This document shows positions 56,268 to 64,000 of a stretch of DNA of 64,000 bases, one piece after another. Origin of the DNA: a virus; IMG/VR virus record IMGVR_UViG_3300044629_000431, positions 64,001 through 128,000 of that record. One strand, 5' to 3'. The translations under genes were made by a program, and so were the position numbers. The stretch's first letter is position 1. The number at the start of each line of letters is the position of its first letter. The notes under the pieces were generated by a model that searched no databases, had not been told where the DNA came from, and worked only from the letters and a program-made list of their open reading frames with translations.

Positions 56268-56881
56268 ATAATATCAGGGAATGCTTGCGAAACAACATCT
56301 TTACCAATTTTGTACTTGGTTTCAAGTTTCTTATCTTTAACAAGGCAAACAATTTCTGCCTCAAGAGGATGAAGACCTTGAAGAAGATTGATAAACATTG
56401 TTTCTCTGCGAAGAGAACTCAGACTATCATTGCCACCTTTGACAAAGTTATAAAACTTTTGATACTCTTTGCGAATCGAAGAGCGTCCTTGATCCTGAGA
56501 ACCAAGAGAGTTAGTTCCAAGTTCTTCCATCTTATCAACTGCATCAGCAATCTTCTCACTCAGAGTTCCCTTGAATGAGTCCATCTCATTTACCGCAGAG
56601 TATGGAACATCGCCAGGAGGAAGTGCTGATTGAATGGTCTCATCAAAGTTCCAAATGAACAGTGTTTTCAGACAAGGATGAGCATACTTTTGAAGTGCTT
56701 CTACTTTCTTAACAGTGCTCTTTTGTTTTGCAGCAACATTCAGAATTTCAAAAACAAAAGGATTTGCTGGAAGGTCTGGAATCGGTGCTTCTGCAACTTT
56801 TGCTTTTGGTGCTGCTGGTTTTTTTGTTGCGGTAGTTTTTGCTCTACTCGTTGTCGCTGTCGTCTTCTTCGTCGTAGTCAT
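56249..56881 (-). CDS. conserved T4-like hypothetical protein
   Basis: RRETMFINLLQGLHPLEAE motif. Confidence 0.75.
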   Translation of the reverse strand: MTTTKKTTATTSRAKTTATKKPAAPKAKVAEAPIPDLPANPFVFEILNVAAKQKSTVKKVEALQKYAHPCLKTLFIWNFDETIQSALPPGDVPYSAVNEMDSFKGTLSEKIADAVDKMEELGTNSLGSQDQGRSSIRKEYQKFYNFVKGGNDSLSSLRRETMFINLLQGLHPLEAEIVCLVKDKKLETKYKIGKDVVSQAFPDIIWGGRS

Positions 56882-57074
56882 GATAGTTTTCAAAATTAAA
56901 TGCGATTACTTCGTCAGGTATAAGATTACCTTGCTGGTCAAACATCTCAGGATGTGGTCTTGGAATCTCCCGATAGTTCATCATGTATTCTCTTGCCACC
57001 CAACCTGCCATTACTCCCACTATAAGAAACAATACGGTTAGAAAGGAACCGAATACTAGACTAACTGCTAACAT
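56844..57074 (-). CDS. small membrane protein
   Basis: Transmembrane helix plus HPEMFDQQGN motif. Confidence 0.7.
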   Translation of the reverse strand: MLAVSLVFGSFLTVLFLIVGVMAGWVAREYMMNYREIPRPHPEMFDQQGNLIPDEVIAFNFENYHDYDEEDDSDNE

Positions 57075-57339
57075 TTCTTTTTCTCCGGGAAACTACTTTT
57101 TTCTTCCTTGACTTTAAGGAAAATTCAAAATAGATAGTGACTTCCCGATTGAGAAAGCAAACTATCTTTTCAAAGATAATATGAAATGGTTGAGTCTGCT
57201 TTCTTTTACCTCCATTAAGAATGAGTTCAATGCCACGATTAAAGTGGTCTTCAGGTTTATTTATGTTCGTATCAGACGATTTGGTTTTCTTTGAGGAATT
57301 TGATTGTGTCAACGGATCCTCCAATCTTTTTATCATCAC
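57061..57339 (-). CDS. hypothetical protein
   Basis: ORF track; start uncertain. Confidence 0.5.
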   Translation of the reverse strand: MMIKRLEDPLTQSNSSKKTKSSDTNINKPEDHFNRGIELILNGGKRKQTQPFHIIFEKIVCFLNREVTIYFEFSLKSRKKKVVSRRKRNVSS

Positions 57340-57508
57340 AAATTACCTGTGGAAAAGTAGAACCTTCTCCAAACTCAGAATAAAATTGTTCTCTTGTAAA
57401 ATCTTCACCTAAAGTATAGACCACAAATGACTGTTTTGTCAACTCCAATACTTCTTTAACCTTAGTGCAATAGGGGCAATCGTTTTTACTATAAACAGTG
57501 AACTTCAT
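57272..57508 (-). CDS. nrdC: glutaredoxin
   Basis: CPYC, TFPQV, IGG. Confidence 0.9.
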   Translation of the reverse strand: MKFTVYSKNDCPYCTKVKEVLELTKQSFVVYTLGEDFTREQFYSEFGEGSTFPQVICDDKKIGGSVDTIKFLKENQIV

Positions 57509-57539
57509 ATTTCTTTAGATACGCTTAATAATTTATAAG

Positions 57540-57640
57540 AAAAAAGGAGGGCATAAACACCCTCCTCATTATACCACCAACTCACCTCTCCCACCACAGA
57601 GAGGGTCTTCATTCCCAAAGTTACAAGGATGTTGAAGACT
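57540..57640 (-). ncRNA. candidate stand-alone sRNA (~100 nt)
   Basis: Own TTGACA-17-TATAAT promoter (57646-57674); hairpins GTCTTCA/TGAAGAC and CCTCTC/GAGAGG; terminator AGGAGGG/CCCTCCT plus T-run. Confidence 0.55.
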
Positions 57641-57677
57641 TGAATATTATAAGGGATTCTGAGTCAGGTGTCAAGGG

Positions 57678-57706
57678 TTGACAAAGTATAATTTTGGGTC
57701 TAGACT
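57678..57706 (+). promoter_or_regulatory. divergent sigma70-type promoter, antisense to tail-fibre genes
   Basis: TTGACA-N17-TAGACT. Confidence 0.55.
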
Positions 57707-57733
57707 CTGCTTTGTGGCGGTTGAAGATAAGTA

Positions 57734-58012
57734 CTATGATAAATTTAAAGACGTTGCTTGTACTTCTTCGTTTCTTTGTGCTGCTGTTTTGACTAGACCT
57801 TCTTCATAAGCCGCTAGAACCATATCATCTTTGTTGATAACAGTAATGGGTTGATTGCTTTCTAGTTTAGTCTTGACATACAAGTCACATATTTCGTCAA
57901 TCGCAATGCGAGCACGGTTAGTTGCTACGTTTGTAATCCAAAAATCTACATCAGCAGCAATGTATTCCATTGCCTTCTGTTCTGCTTCTGTTAAAGTAAC
58001 TGTGTAGTCCAT
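57734..58012 (-). CDS. tail-fibre-associated small protein (copy A)
   Basis: Near-identical to 58943-59215; own late promoter. Confidence 0.75.
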   Translation of the reverse strand: MDYTVTLTEAEQKAMEYIAADVDFWITNVATNRARIAIDEICDLYVKTKLESNQPITVINKDDMVLAAYEEGLVKTAAQRNEEVQATSLNLS

Positions 58013-58034
58013 ATTGAGTCTTTTTGAGTATTTA

Positions 58035-58922
58035 TTATCCTAAAAGGTATCCGCAAAACCAAGCATAATAAACCGCATAACCACTAGCTCTACGTCTTGC
58101 TGATACAGTATCACCAGCAGTCAAATTCATTATTTGTGTGTTAGTTCCGGGTTGATATACAACACCATAATTCAACATATTATTTGGGTATACGCTACCA
58201 TTTTTTACTAAATTTACAAAATGAGAATTAGTATCTTCTGTTGAGAATGAAAATGAGAAAAAATATTTTCCAGAAATTGGAGCAGTAAAAAGTCCAGTAG
58301 TTGTACTAAAATGATTTCCTACATTATGATCCACATTACTACCAAGATATATCTCTGGGGTTGTTGAATTAAAAGTAGCTCCATGAACCATAAATGATGG
58401 TTGAGAAGGTAGAGTTAATCTACCAGAACCATCAATAGTTGCTCTGACTGACGCATTACTTACATCAACAAAACGAAGAGATGGTGTTGATGTATTGCCA
58501 TAAACATCAATATACCAACCAGTTGCATTATCAGTTGCTCTACCAAAACTTACTTGTCCACCCTCTTGAGATGCATCAACTCTACCTGCTTTGATTTCTC
58601 CACCAACAACTTCAAGTTTTTGTGATGGGACTGCGGTTCCTATACCAATATTAGCACTACTATCAATTCTTAATGCTTCTACACCACCTTCAGCAAAGGC
58701 TATAGTATCAGCACTCGGAAAGAATATTCCGGTGTTTGAATCGCCTGTTGGTGTTATGGACGGAGCACTAGCACTACCGGCAGCAACGGTTGTAACACCA
58801 CTATTTGTAATGCTTGTGCCAGATACTGAACCTACTAACGTTACACTTCCAGTCGCAGTTCCAATCGCAACATTGGTGCTGGTTGATGGTAATATCTGGT
58901 CTACACGAAGATTACTCGCCAT
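58035..58922 (-). CDS. tail fibre protein with C1q-like C-terminal domain
   Basis: GDSNTGIFFPSADTIAF; HNVGNHFSTTTGLFTAPISGKYFF. Confidence 0.8.
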   Translation of the reverse strand: MASNLRVDQILPSTSTNVAIGTATGSVTLVGSVSGTSITNSGVTTVAAGSASAPSITPTGDSNTGIFFPSADTIAFAEGGVEALRIDSSANIGIGTAVPSQKLEVVGGEIKAGRVDASQEGGQVSFGRATDNATGWYIDVYGNTSTPSLRFVDVSNASVRATIDGSGRLTLPSQPSFMVHGATFNSTTPEIYLGSNVDHNVGNHFSTTTGLFTAPISGKYFFSFSFSTEDTNSHFVNLVKNGSVYPNNMLNYGVVYQPGTNTQIMNLTAGDTVSARRRASGYAVYYAWFCGYLLG

Positions 58923-58942
58923 AGTGTGAGTTTTTTAGGTAT

Positions 58943-59215
58943 TTATTCGGGAAGTTGTGCTGCTGCTTCTTCGTTTCTTTGTGCCACTGTTTTGACTAGA
59001 CCTTCTTCGTATGCCGCTAGAACCATATCAGGTTTGTTAGTTGCGGTGATGGGTTGATTACTTTCTAGTTTAGTCTTAACATATAAGTCACAGATTTCGT
59101 CAATAGCAATTCTTGCCCTATTAGTCGCAGCGTTAGTGATCCATTCGTCCACATCAGCAGCAATGTATTCTATTGCCTTCTGTTCTGCTTCGGTTAAGGT
59201 AATTGTATAATCCAT
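58943..59215 (-). CDS. tail-fibre-associated small protein (copy B)
   Basis: Paralog of 57734-58012. Confidence 0.75.
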   Translation of the reverse strand: MDYTITLTEAEQKAIEYIAADVDEWITNAATNRARIAIDEICDLYVKTKLESNQPITATNKPDMVLAAYEEGLVKTVAQRNEEAAAQLPE

Positions 59216-59245
59216 ATAAAGTCTTTTTGAGTATTTATTACACTA

Positions 59246-60172
59246 TTATCCTAATAAAACCCCACTAAATCCACTATATGATGGTCCATAAATACGCAAA
59301 TTATTATCTCTAGCAAATAAACTAACATAATCATTTACTGCTAATTGCAATAGAATACTATTAGATCTGCCCCTCTCTGCACTCATATACATTCTTGCTT
59401 GGGCAGTTGCGTCAGTACCATTAATAGCAAATGTGAGAGATCCTGACTGATCTGTTTCAGTTAGAACTGTAGTTGTAAATAAATACACTCCTGCTACAGG
59501 TGCTGTAAATCTACAAGTTGTAGTATTATAATGTGACCCAATATTATATGTTGTAAAAGTAAATTTTGTTATTTCTGCATTCGCCGAATAAGTAGTATAG
59601 CTGCCATCACCATATGCTTGAAAGGCTGGTTGAGAAGGTTTTGTTACTCTACCACTTGAATCTATACGAACTCTTTCTGATCCATTTGTATCAAAACGAA
59701 TAAAACTATTCTCACGATTGCGAATAATAAAACTACCATCATCATTTAATGTTATTTCAGATCCATCGGAAGCAGAGCTTCCAGTATTGTTGTTCGTTAA
59801 ATGAACAACTGGATATGATGGTGCTGATACGTGTATAGTAGTTTCATTTCCGTTTCCAGTTGGGTTATTCGTTCCTATACCCAAACGACCACTACTATCA
59901 AACCTACCTACTTCAACACCACCTTCTGCAAACGCAATGGTATCAGCACTCGGGAAGAGGATACCGGTATTTGAGTCGCCACTTGGACTTATAGGGGGAG
60001 CACTAGTGCTACCGGCAGAAACTACAAGACCACTAGAAAACGTAGCAATACCAGAAGAATTAACAGTTCCAGTAACATTACCAATCAAGTTACCCTGAAT
60101 GTTACTACCAAAAGTAACCGTAGAAACTCCAGCGTCTGCTTGTATGTTATTAACAACTATCTTGCTAGTCAT
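59246..60172 (-). CDS. tail fibre protein with C1q-like C-terminal domain
   Basis: Same architecture as 58035-58922; RFTAPVAGVYLF. Confidence 0.8.
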   Translation of the reverse strand: MTSKIVVNNIQADAGVSTVTFGSNIQGNLIGNVTGTVNSSGIATFSSGLVVSAGSTSAPPISPSGDSNTGILFPSADTIAFAEGGVEVGRFDSSGRLGIGTNNPTGNGNETTIHVSAPSYPVVHLTNNNTGSSASDGSEITLNDDGSFIIRNRENSFIRFDTNGSERVRIDSSGRVTKPSQPAFQAYGDGSYTTYSANAEITKFTFTTYNIGSHYNTTTCRFTAPVAGVYLFTTTVLTETDQSGSLTFAINGTDATAQARMYMSAERGRSNSILLQLAVNDYVSLFARDNNLRIYGPSYSGFSGVLLG

Positions 60173-60411
60173 ACGATTCTCCACTCTCCTTGTACTGTGA
60201 CGGTGTAACCACTACTGACTGTTACCGTTCCGGCAGTGACTCCATTGGTTCCTGCTGGTATCGTCACATTCTCATCAATCGTGTTCTTGTTTGCTTTAAT
60301 CACACCATAAGTATCTAGCCACTGTGAGGCACCATTCGCACTGATGATGTCTTTAAAGTCAACGGTGCTTCCAGTTTGTGAGCGAACGGTATTAACAATT
60401 AAAGTTGTCAT
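60169..60411 (-). CDS. small virion structural protein (paralog B)
   Basis: QWLDTYGVIKAN...GYTVTVQGEWRIV. Confidence 0.7.
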   Translation of the reverse strand: MTTLIVNTVRSQTGSTVDFKDIISANGASQWLDTYGVIKANKNTIDENVTIPAGTNGVTAGTVTVSSGYTVTVQGEWRIV

Positions 60412-60647
60412 ACAATCACCCACTCACCAAGTTGTGTGACGGTATAACCATCGGCAATCGTGATGGGACCAGCAGAAAGTCCATTGGTGTCTGCTGGAAT
60501 TGTGATGTTCTCAGCGATGGTATTACGATTGGTCTTGATGACTCCATAAGAATCCACCCATTGCTTATCACCATTTGCGGTGATTTGGTCCTTGAACTCT
60601 GTTGTAGAGGTCGTGGAGTCAATGATGTTAGCTTTGAGTGTGCTCAT
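60408..60647 (-). CDS. small virion structural protein (paralog A)
   Basis: QWVDSYGVIKTN...GYTVTQLGEWVIV. Confidence 0.7.
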   Translation of the reverse strand: MSTLKANIIDSTTSTTEFKDQITANGDKQWVDSYGVIKTNRNTIAENITIPADTNGLSAGPITIADGYTVTQLGEWVIV

Positions 60648-60664
60648 TGGAGGTTTTTAGGTAT

Positions 60665-61858
60665 TTATAGACCAGCGGCATCTAAACGTGCTTGAAGTTC
60701 TGAAATGATAGTTTGCTGCTCTTGAATAGCTTTAAAAGCAACCGCAACTAAACTTCCATAGTCTAGACCCTTATATCCTGTTGCCCCATCACCAGTTGAT
60801 ACAACTTCAGGAATAATTTCCTCAACTTCTTGAGCAATAAATCCAATGTGAGTCTTATTATCACTATTCATTTCATAATGTCTTGGTACTAAACTTAAAG
60901 CAGTTGTTAACCCATATCCTATTGGTCTAATATTTTGCTTGAGTCTTTCATCAGAAGCATTAGTCCATGCTCCAGCAGAACTTAAATATCCTTCATTTGT
61001 ACCATTGTAAAAATAAAGATTACCAGAGGAGTTCGTATATATTGAACGATACACACCAGATGTACTATCTCTAACTCCTATTCCAGCTTGAGAACCTACA
61101 ACTTGAAGGACGGCATAAGGACTATAACTACTAAAAGAACTATATGTTCCCCCAGTGTTGGATATAACAACCATACCAGCATTGTTACTGTCTGATATAC
61201 GAAGTTTTTCTGTGCCTCCTGCCCCAAAGTTTAAAATATCAGTAGCGTGTTGATAATTTACCCATCCTCGGTACTGTGATGCAGATGCTGAATTATCACC
61301 AAACTGAACCCAGGAATTGCCATTTGTTGGATTTGCCCATAGTTGTAAACCTCCAGAAGAACCAGAAGCAGTTGATCCAACAGAAATTGTTTGAGTTCCA
61401 GCATTACTATCAACAGTATCACCAATATGAACATCATAAGATCCAGCAGGCATTTGTAAATGACCACTTGAAGATATCCGAACTCTTTCAATATTATCAG
61501 TTCCTAAAATTAATGGTCTAGAGGATCTACCATTTATAGCAAAATGATCACTATCTCCTCTTGTTGGAGATCCAAAAAGTTGATATGCAGAACCTATCTC
61601 ACCAATTGTTGTTCCATTTGTTTGCCACTGTAACCATCCACCCGTTGTTCCACCAATATTAACCAAAATAGATGGACCATAAGATAAAGATTCTGGTTGA
61701 AAAATTTTTAATTTTGCAGTACTACTAGAAAATGTTGTGGATCCTATACCAACAGAATCATTAATATTGAACGTCCCAGCACTAATATTCGCAGCGTTTA
61801 TCGTGACTGTCTGACCGCTTCCGACTGGTTGTATACGATTAACATTCAGAATACTCAT
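60665..61858 (-). CDS. tail fibre protein with peptidase S74 chaperone
   Basis: ASDERLKQNI ... GFIAQEVE ... KAIQEQQ. Confidence 0.85.
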   Translation of the reverse strand: MSILNVNRIQPVGSGQTVTINAANISAGTFNINDSVGIGSTTFSSSTAKLKIFQPESLSYGPSILVNIGGTTGGWLQWQTNGTTIGEIGSAYQLFGSPTRGDSDHFAINGRSSRPLILGTDNIERVRISSSGHLQMPAGSYDVHIGDTVDSNAGTQTISVGSTASGSSGGLQLWANPTNGNSWVQFGDNSASASQYRGWVNYQHATDILNFGAGGTEKLRISDSNNAGMVVISNTGGTYSSFSSYSPYAVLQVVGSQAGIGVRDSTSGVYRSIYTNSSGNLYFYNGTNEGYLSSAGAWTNASDERLKQNIRPIGYGLTTALSLVPRHYEMNSDNKTHIGFIAQEVEEIIPEVVSTGDGATGYKGLDYGSLVAVAFKAIQEQQTIISELQARLDAAGL

Positions 61859-61875
61859 TTGAGTTTTTTAGGTAT

Positions 61876-64000
61876 TTATGATGGGTAAGCGATGATAACG
61901 ATACCAGAACCACCGGAACCAGAAAGATATCCACCATTCCAAACTCCTCCTCCGCCGCCGCCAGTTCCCATTGTTCCAGAAGTAGCATTAGTATTAGTAC
62001 CAGCTCCTGGAGCGCCTCCACCCAATCCACCACCAGCAGCTCCTGGACCAGTGCCACCGCCGCCGCCACCTGCATAATAAGTAGCAGTTCCAGAAATCGT
62101 TGATATTAAACCATTTCCACCAAGACCAACTGGACCAGCAGTACCTGCGGCACCTGCTCCTCCTCCTCCTCCACCGCCACTAGCACCGGCGCCGCCAGCA
62201 CCATTATTACCTTGTGGTGGTGATACTGGTGGGGTATTTCCAGAACCTCCAGTAGTTCCTGGACGACTTGATCCTCCACCACCAGAACCACCAGGTCTTC
62301 CATTATAGTTTGGGGTTGATGGATTATTGTAATCTCCCCCCCCTCCACCACCAGTGGAAGTTATTGTGGAAAATATTGAAGGAGATCCATCATTACTTAA
62401 AGATGGTCCAGTTATTCTAGCACCACCACCGCCAACAGTAACTGACATACTTCCAGAAACAGATAATCCACTACCAGTTCTAAAACCACCAGCGCCTCCA
62501 CCCCCCTCATAACCACCGGCGCCACCACCAGCGACCACAAGGTAGTCAACGGACGTTAACGCTGGGTTAGTGACCGTAAAGGTTCCTGATGAATAAAAGG
62601 TATGAACGGTCGTGGTTGGAGTATAAGAAATGGCACCACCAGTTGCTTTAGCGGTTCCTCCGACCTGTCCGATCTCATAACGGACGACTACGATACCAGA
62701 ACCACCAGCACCTCCCTCAGCTCCACCACTATGAGTATCTCCTCCCCCTCCACCGCCGCCTCTAGAAACAGTTCCATTTGTATTTGTTGTTCTATTTCCA
62801 ACTGGAGAAGAAGCTATTACCCCATCTCCGGCACCAAAAACAGCAGGTCCAGTTGGTCCACCACCATAACCACCATTTACGGTAAACCCATATCCACCAG
62901 CACCGCCACCTCCAGCATATCCAGTAGACGTTCCAGTAATACTATAGTTTAGTCCAGCACCACCATTTCTAGCCGATGGAGTTGGTGTACTAGGTCCTGT
63001 ACCACCAGTTCCACCCGCGCCGCCGCCTCCGCCGCCGCCAGTTCCAGGTGTATTACTTGGGTCATAAGTTCCTACTCCACCGGTATTTCCCCAACCAGAT
63101 GGTGGAGAAGAACTATTATCTGTTCCAGAAGAAGAACCAGTAGCAGGTCCAGCTGGTGTAATCGCACCATTTCCACCAGATCCACCACCACTAGATCCCC
63201 CCGGACCTCCGGGATTACCATAACCACCACCATAACCGCCACCAGGAGAAGTTATAGTAGATGGAAAAGCAATTGAAGATGAAGAACCAGCAACACCATT
63301 TGGTGATGGTGTAGTTCCACCATTTCCACCAGCACCAACAGTTATGGTATAAGAACCAGTAGAAACTGGTTGCCCCGTTGCGTATTTTAAAGTTCCAGCA
63401 CCGCCACCTCCACCATAGTATTGCCCGCCTCCACCACCACCTCCAGCAACGACAAGATAGTCAACGGTTTCGGTAGGAGACGCAGACTGAACCGTAAAGA
63501 AACCTGATGAAGTAAAGATATGAGCCCTATAAACCCTACCACCTTCAATGTACTCATTAACAATACCACCAGTGGCACTCATTGCCTCTTTGCCAACATC
63601 ACGCCAGGCATTACCATTGTATACTTGGACACTTCCAGTATCTGAATTAAAAATTAAAGTTCCTTGTGCTGTTGATACACCAGCATTTCTACCAGTCGTT
63701 GAAGTTGTTCCAATACCAATAGCACCTCTTCTTATAAAAGTATCACCAATAGTAATACTTGAAGAAGATCCAACTTGAATACCACTAGAAAACGTGGCAA
63801 TACCAGAAGCATTGACTGTACCAGTTACGTTTCCAGTTACATTTCCTGTTACGTTACCAGTTAAAGGTCCAGTGAAACTTGTCGCACTTACAACACCTAC
63901 AACACTCAAAGCACTGGTCGGTACTGAACTTCCGATACCAACACGTCCAGAAGAGTCCTGATAGACTCCTCCAGACCCTGTTCGATGTAACCAAGTGTTG
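61876..64000 (-). CDS. glycine-rich tail fibre / adhesin (5'-truncated by the window)
   Basis: Two VDYLVVAGGG...GGSGIV glycine-rich domains; the frame stays open to the window edge. Confidence 0.85.
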   Translation of the reverse strand, partial: NTWLHRTGSGGVYQDSSGRVGIGSSVPTSALSVVGVVSATSFTGPLTGNVTGNVTGNVTGTVNASGIATFSSGIQVGSSSSITIGDTFIRRGAIGIGTTSTTGRNAGVSTAQGTLIFNSDTGSVQVYNGNAWRDVGKEAMSATGGIVNEYIEGGRVYRAHIFTSSGFFTVQSASPTETVDYLVVAGGGGGGGQYYGGGGGAGTLKYATGQPVSTGSYTITVGAGGNGGTTPSPNGVAGSSSSIAFPSTITSPGGGYGGGYGNPGGPGGSSGGGSGGNGAITPAGPATGSSSGTDNSSSPPSGWGNTGGVGTYDPSNTPGTGGGGGGGAGGTGGTGPSTPTPSARNGGAGLNYSITGTSTGYAGGGGAGGYGFTVNGGYGGGPTGPAVFGAGDGVIASSPVGNRTTNTNGTVSRGGGGGGGDTHSGGAEGGAGGSGIVVVRYEIGQVGGTAKATGGAISYTPTTTVHTFYSSGTFTVTNPALTSVDYLVVAGGGAGGYEGGGGAGGFRTGSGLSVSGSMSVTVGGGGARITGPSLSNDGSPSIFSTITSTGGGGGGDYNNPSTPNYNGRPGGSGGGGSSRPGTTGGSGNTPPVSPPQGNNGAGGAGASGGGGGGGAGAAGTAGPVGLGGNGLISTISGTATYYAGGGGGGTGPGAAGGGLGGGAPGAGTNTNATSGTMGTGGGGGGVWNGGYLSGSGGSGIVIIAYPS

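Noticed and set aside
57734-60184. Diversity-generating retroelement or invertible tail-fibre switch
   Set aside because: No reverse transcriptase or invertase in the window; the copies are direct, intact genes, and I saw no adenine-specific TR/VR pattern.
61876-63500. CCACCACC/CCGCCGCC repeats (also at 27500-27990) as tandem repeats or a CRISPR array
   Set aside because: They are polyglycine codons with no repeat-spacer periodicity.

Overview
This window is a 64-kb segment of a T4-like cyanomyophage (Kyanoviridae-type) genome, coded almost entirely on the minus strand. 1-19.4 kb: early or accessory region of short ORFs with a Dam-family methylase and an adjacent putative nuclease, CP12, a HiPIP-like protein and an SF2 helicase. 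Eight of its promoters share a bipartite GTGCCA motif. 19.4-34.8 kb: tail-fibre locus. A long fibre with an S74 chaperone domain is followed by a gp38-like glycine-rich adhesin embedded in an AT-rich cassette of four 2OG/Fe(II) oxygenases, two SAM methyltransferases and two paralogous, possibly prenyltransferase-like proteins. 35-36 kb: three tRNAs, two tRNA-sized structured spacers and a frameshifted HNH gene. 36.5-49.4 kb: baseplate and tail genes (gp5, gp51, gp26, gp4, gp2, gp48, gp53). 49.3-54.4 kb: mom-like gene, gp32, gp59, gp33, exonuclease, phoH and thyX. 54.8-55.8 kb: operon with an NtcA-like box and a tandem glutamine riboswitch (glnA motif), in which each aptamer's P2 loop holds a small ORF, upstream of DUF4278-like genes. 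57.5-64 kb: candidate sRNA and modular tail-fibre cassettes. All calls come from motif recognition by eye; no database searches were run.
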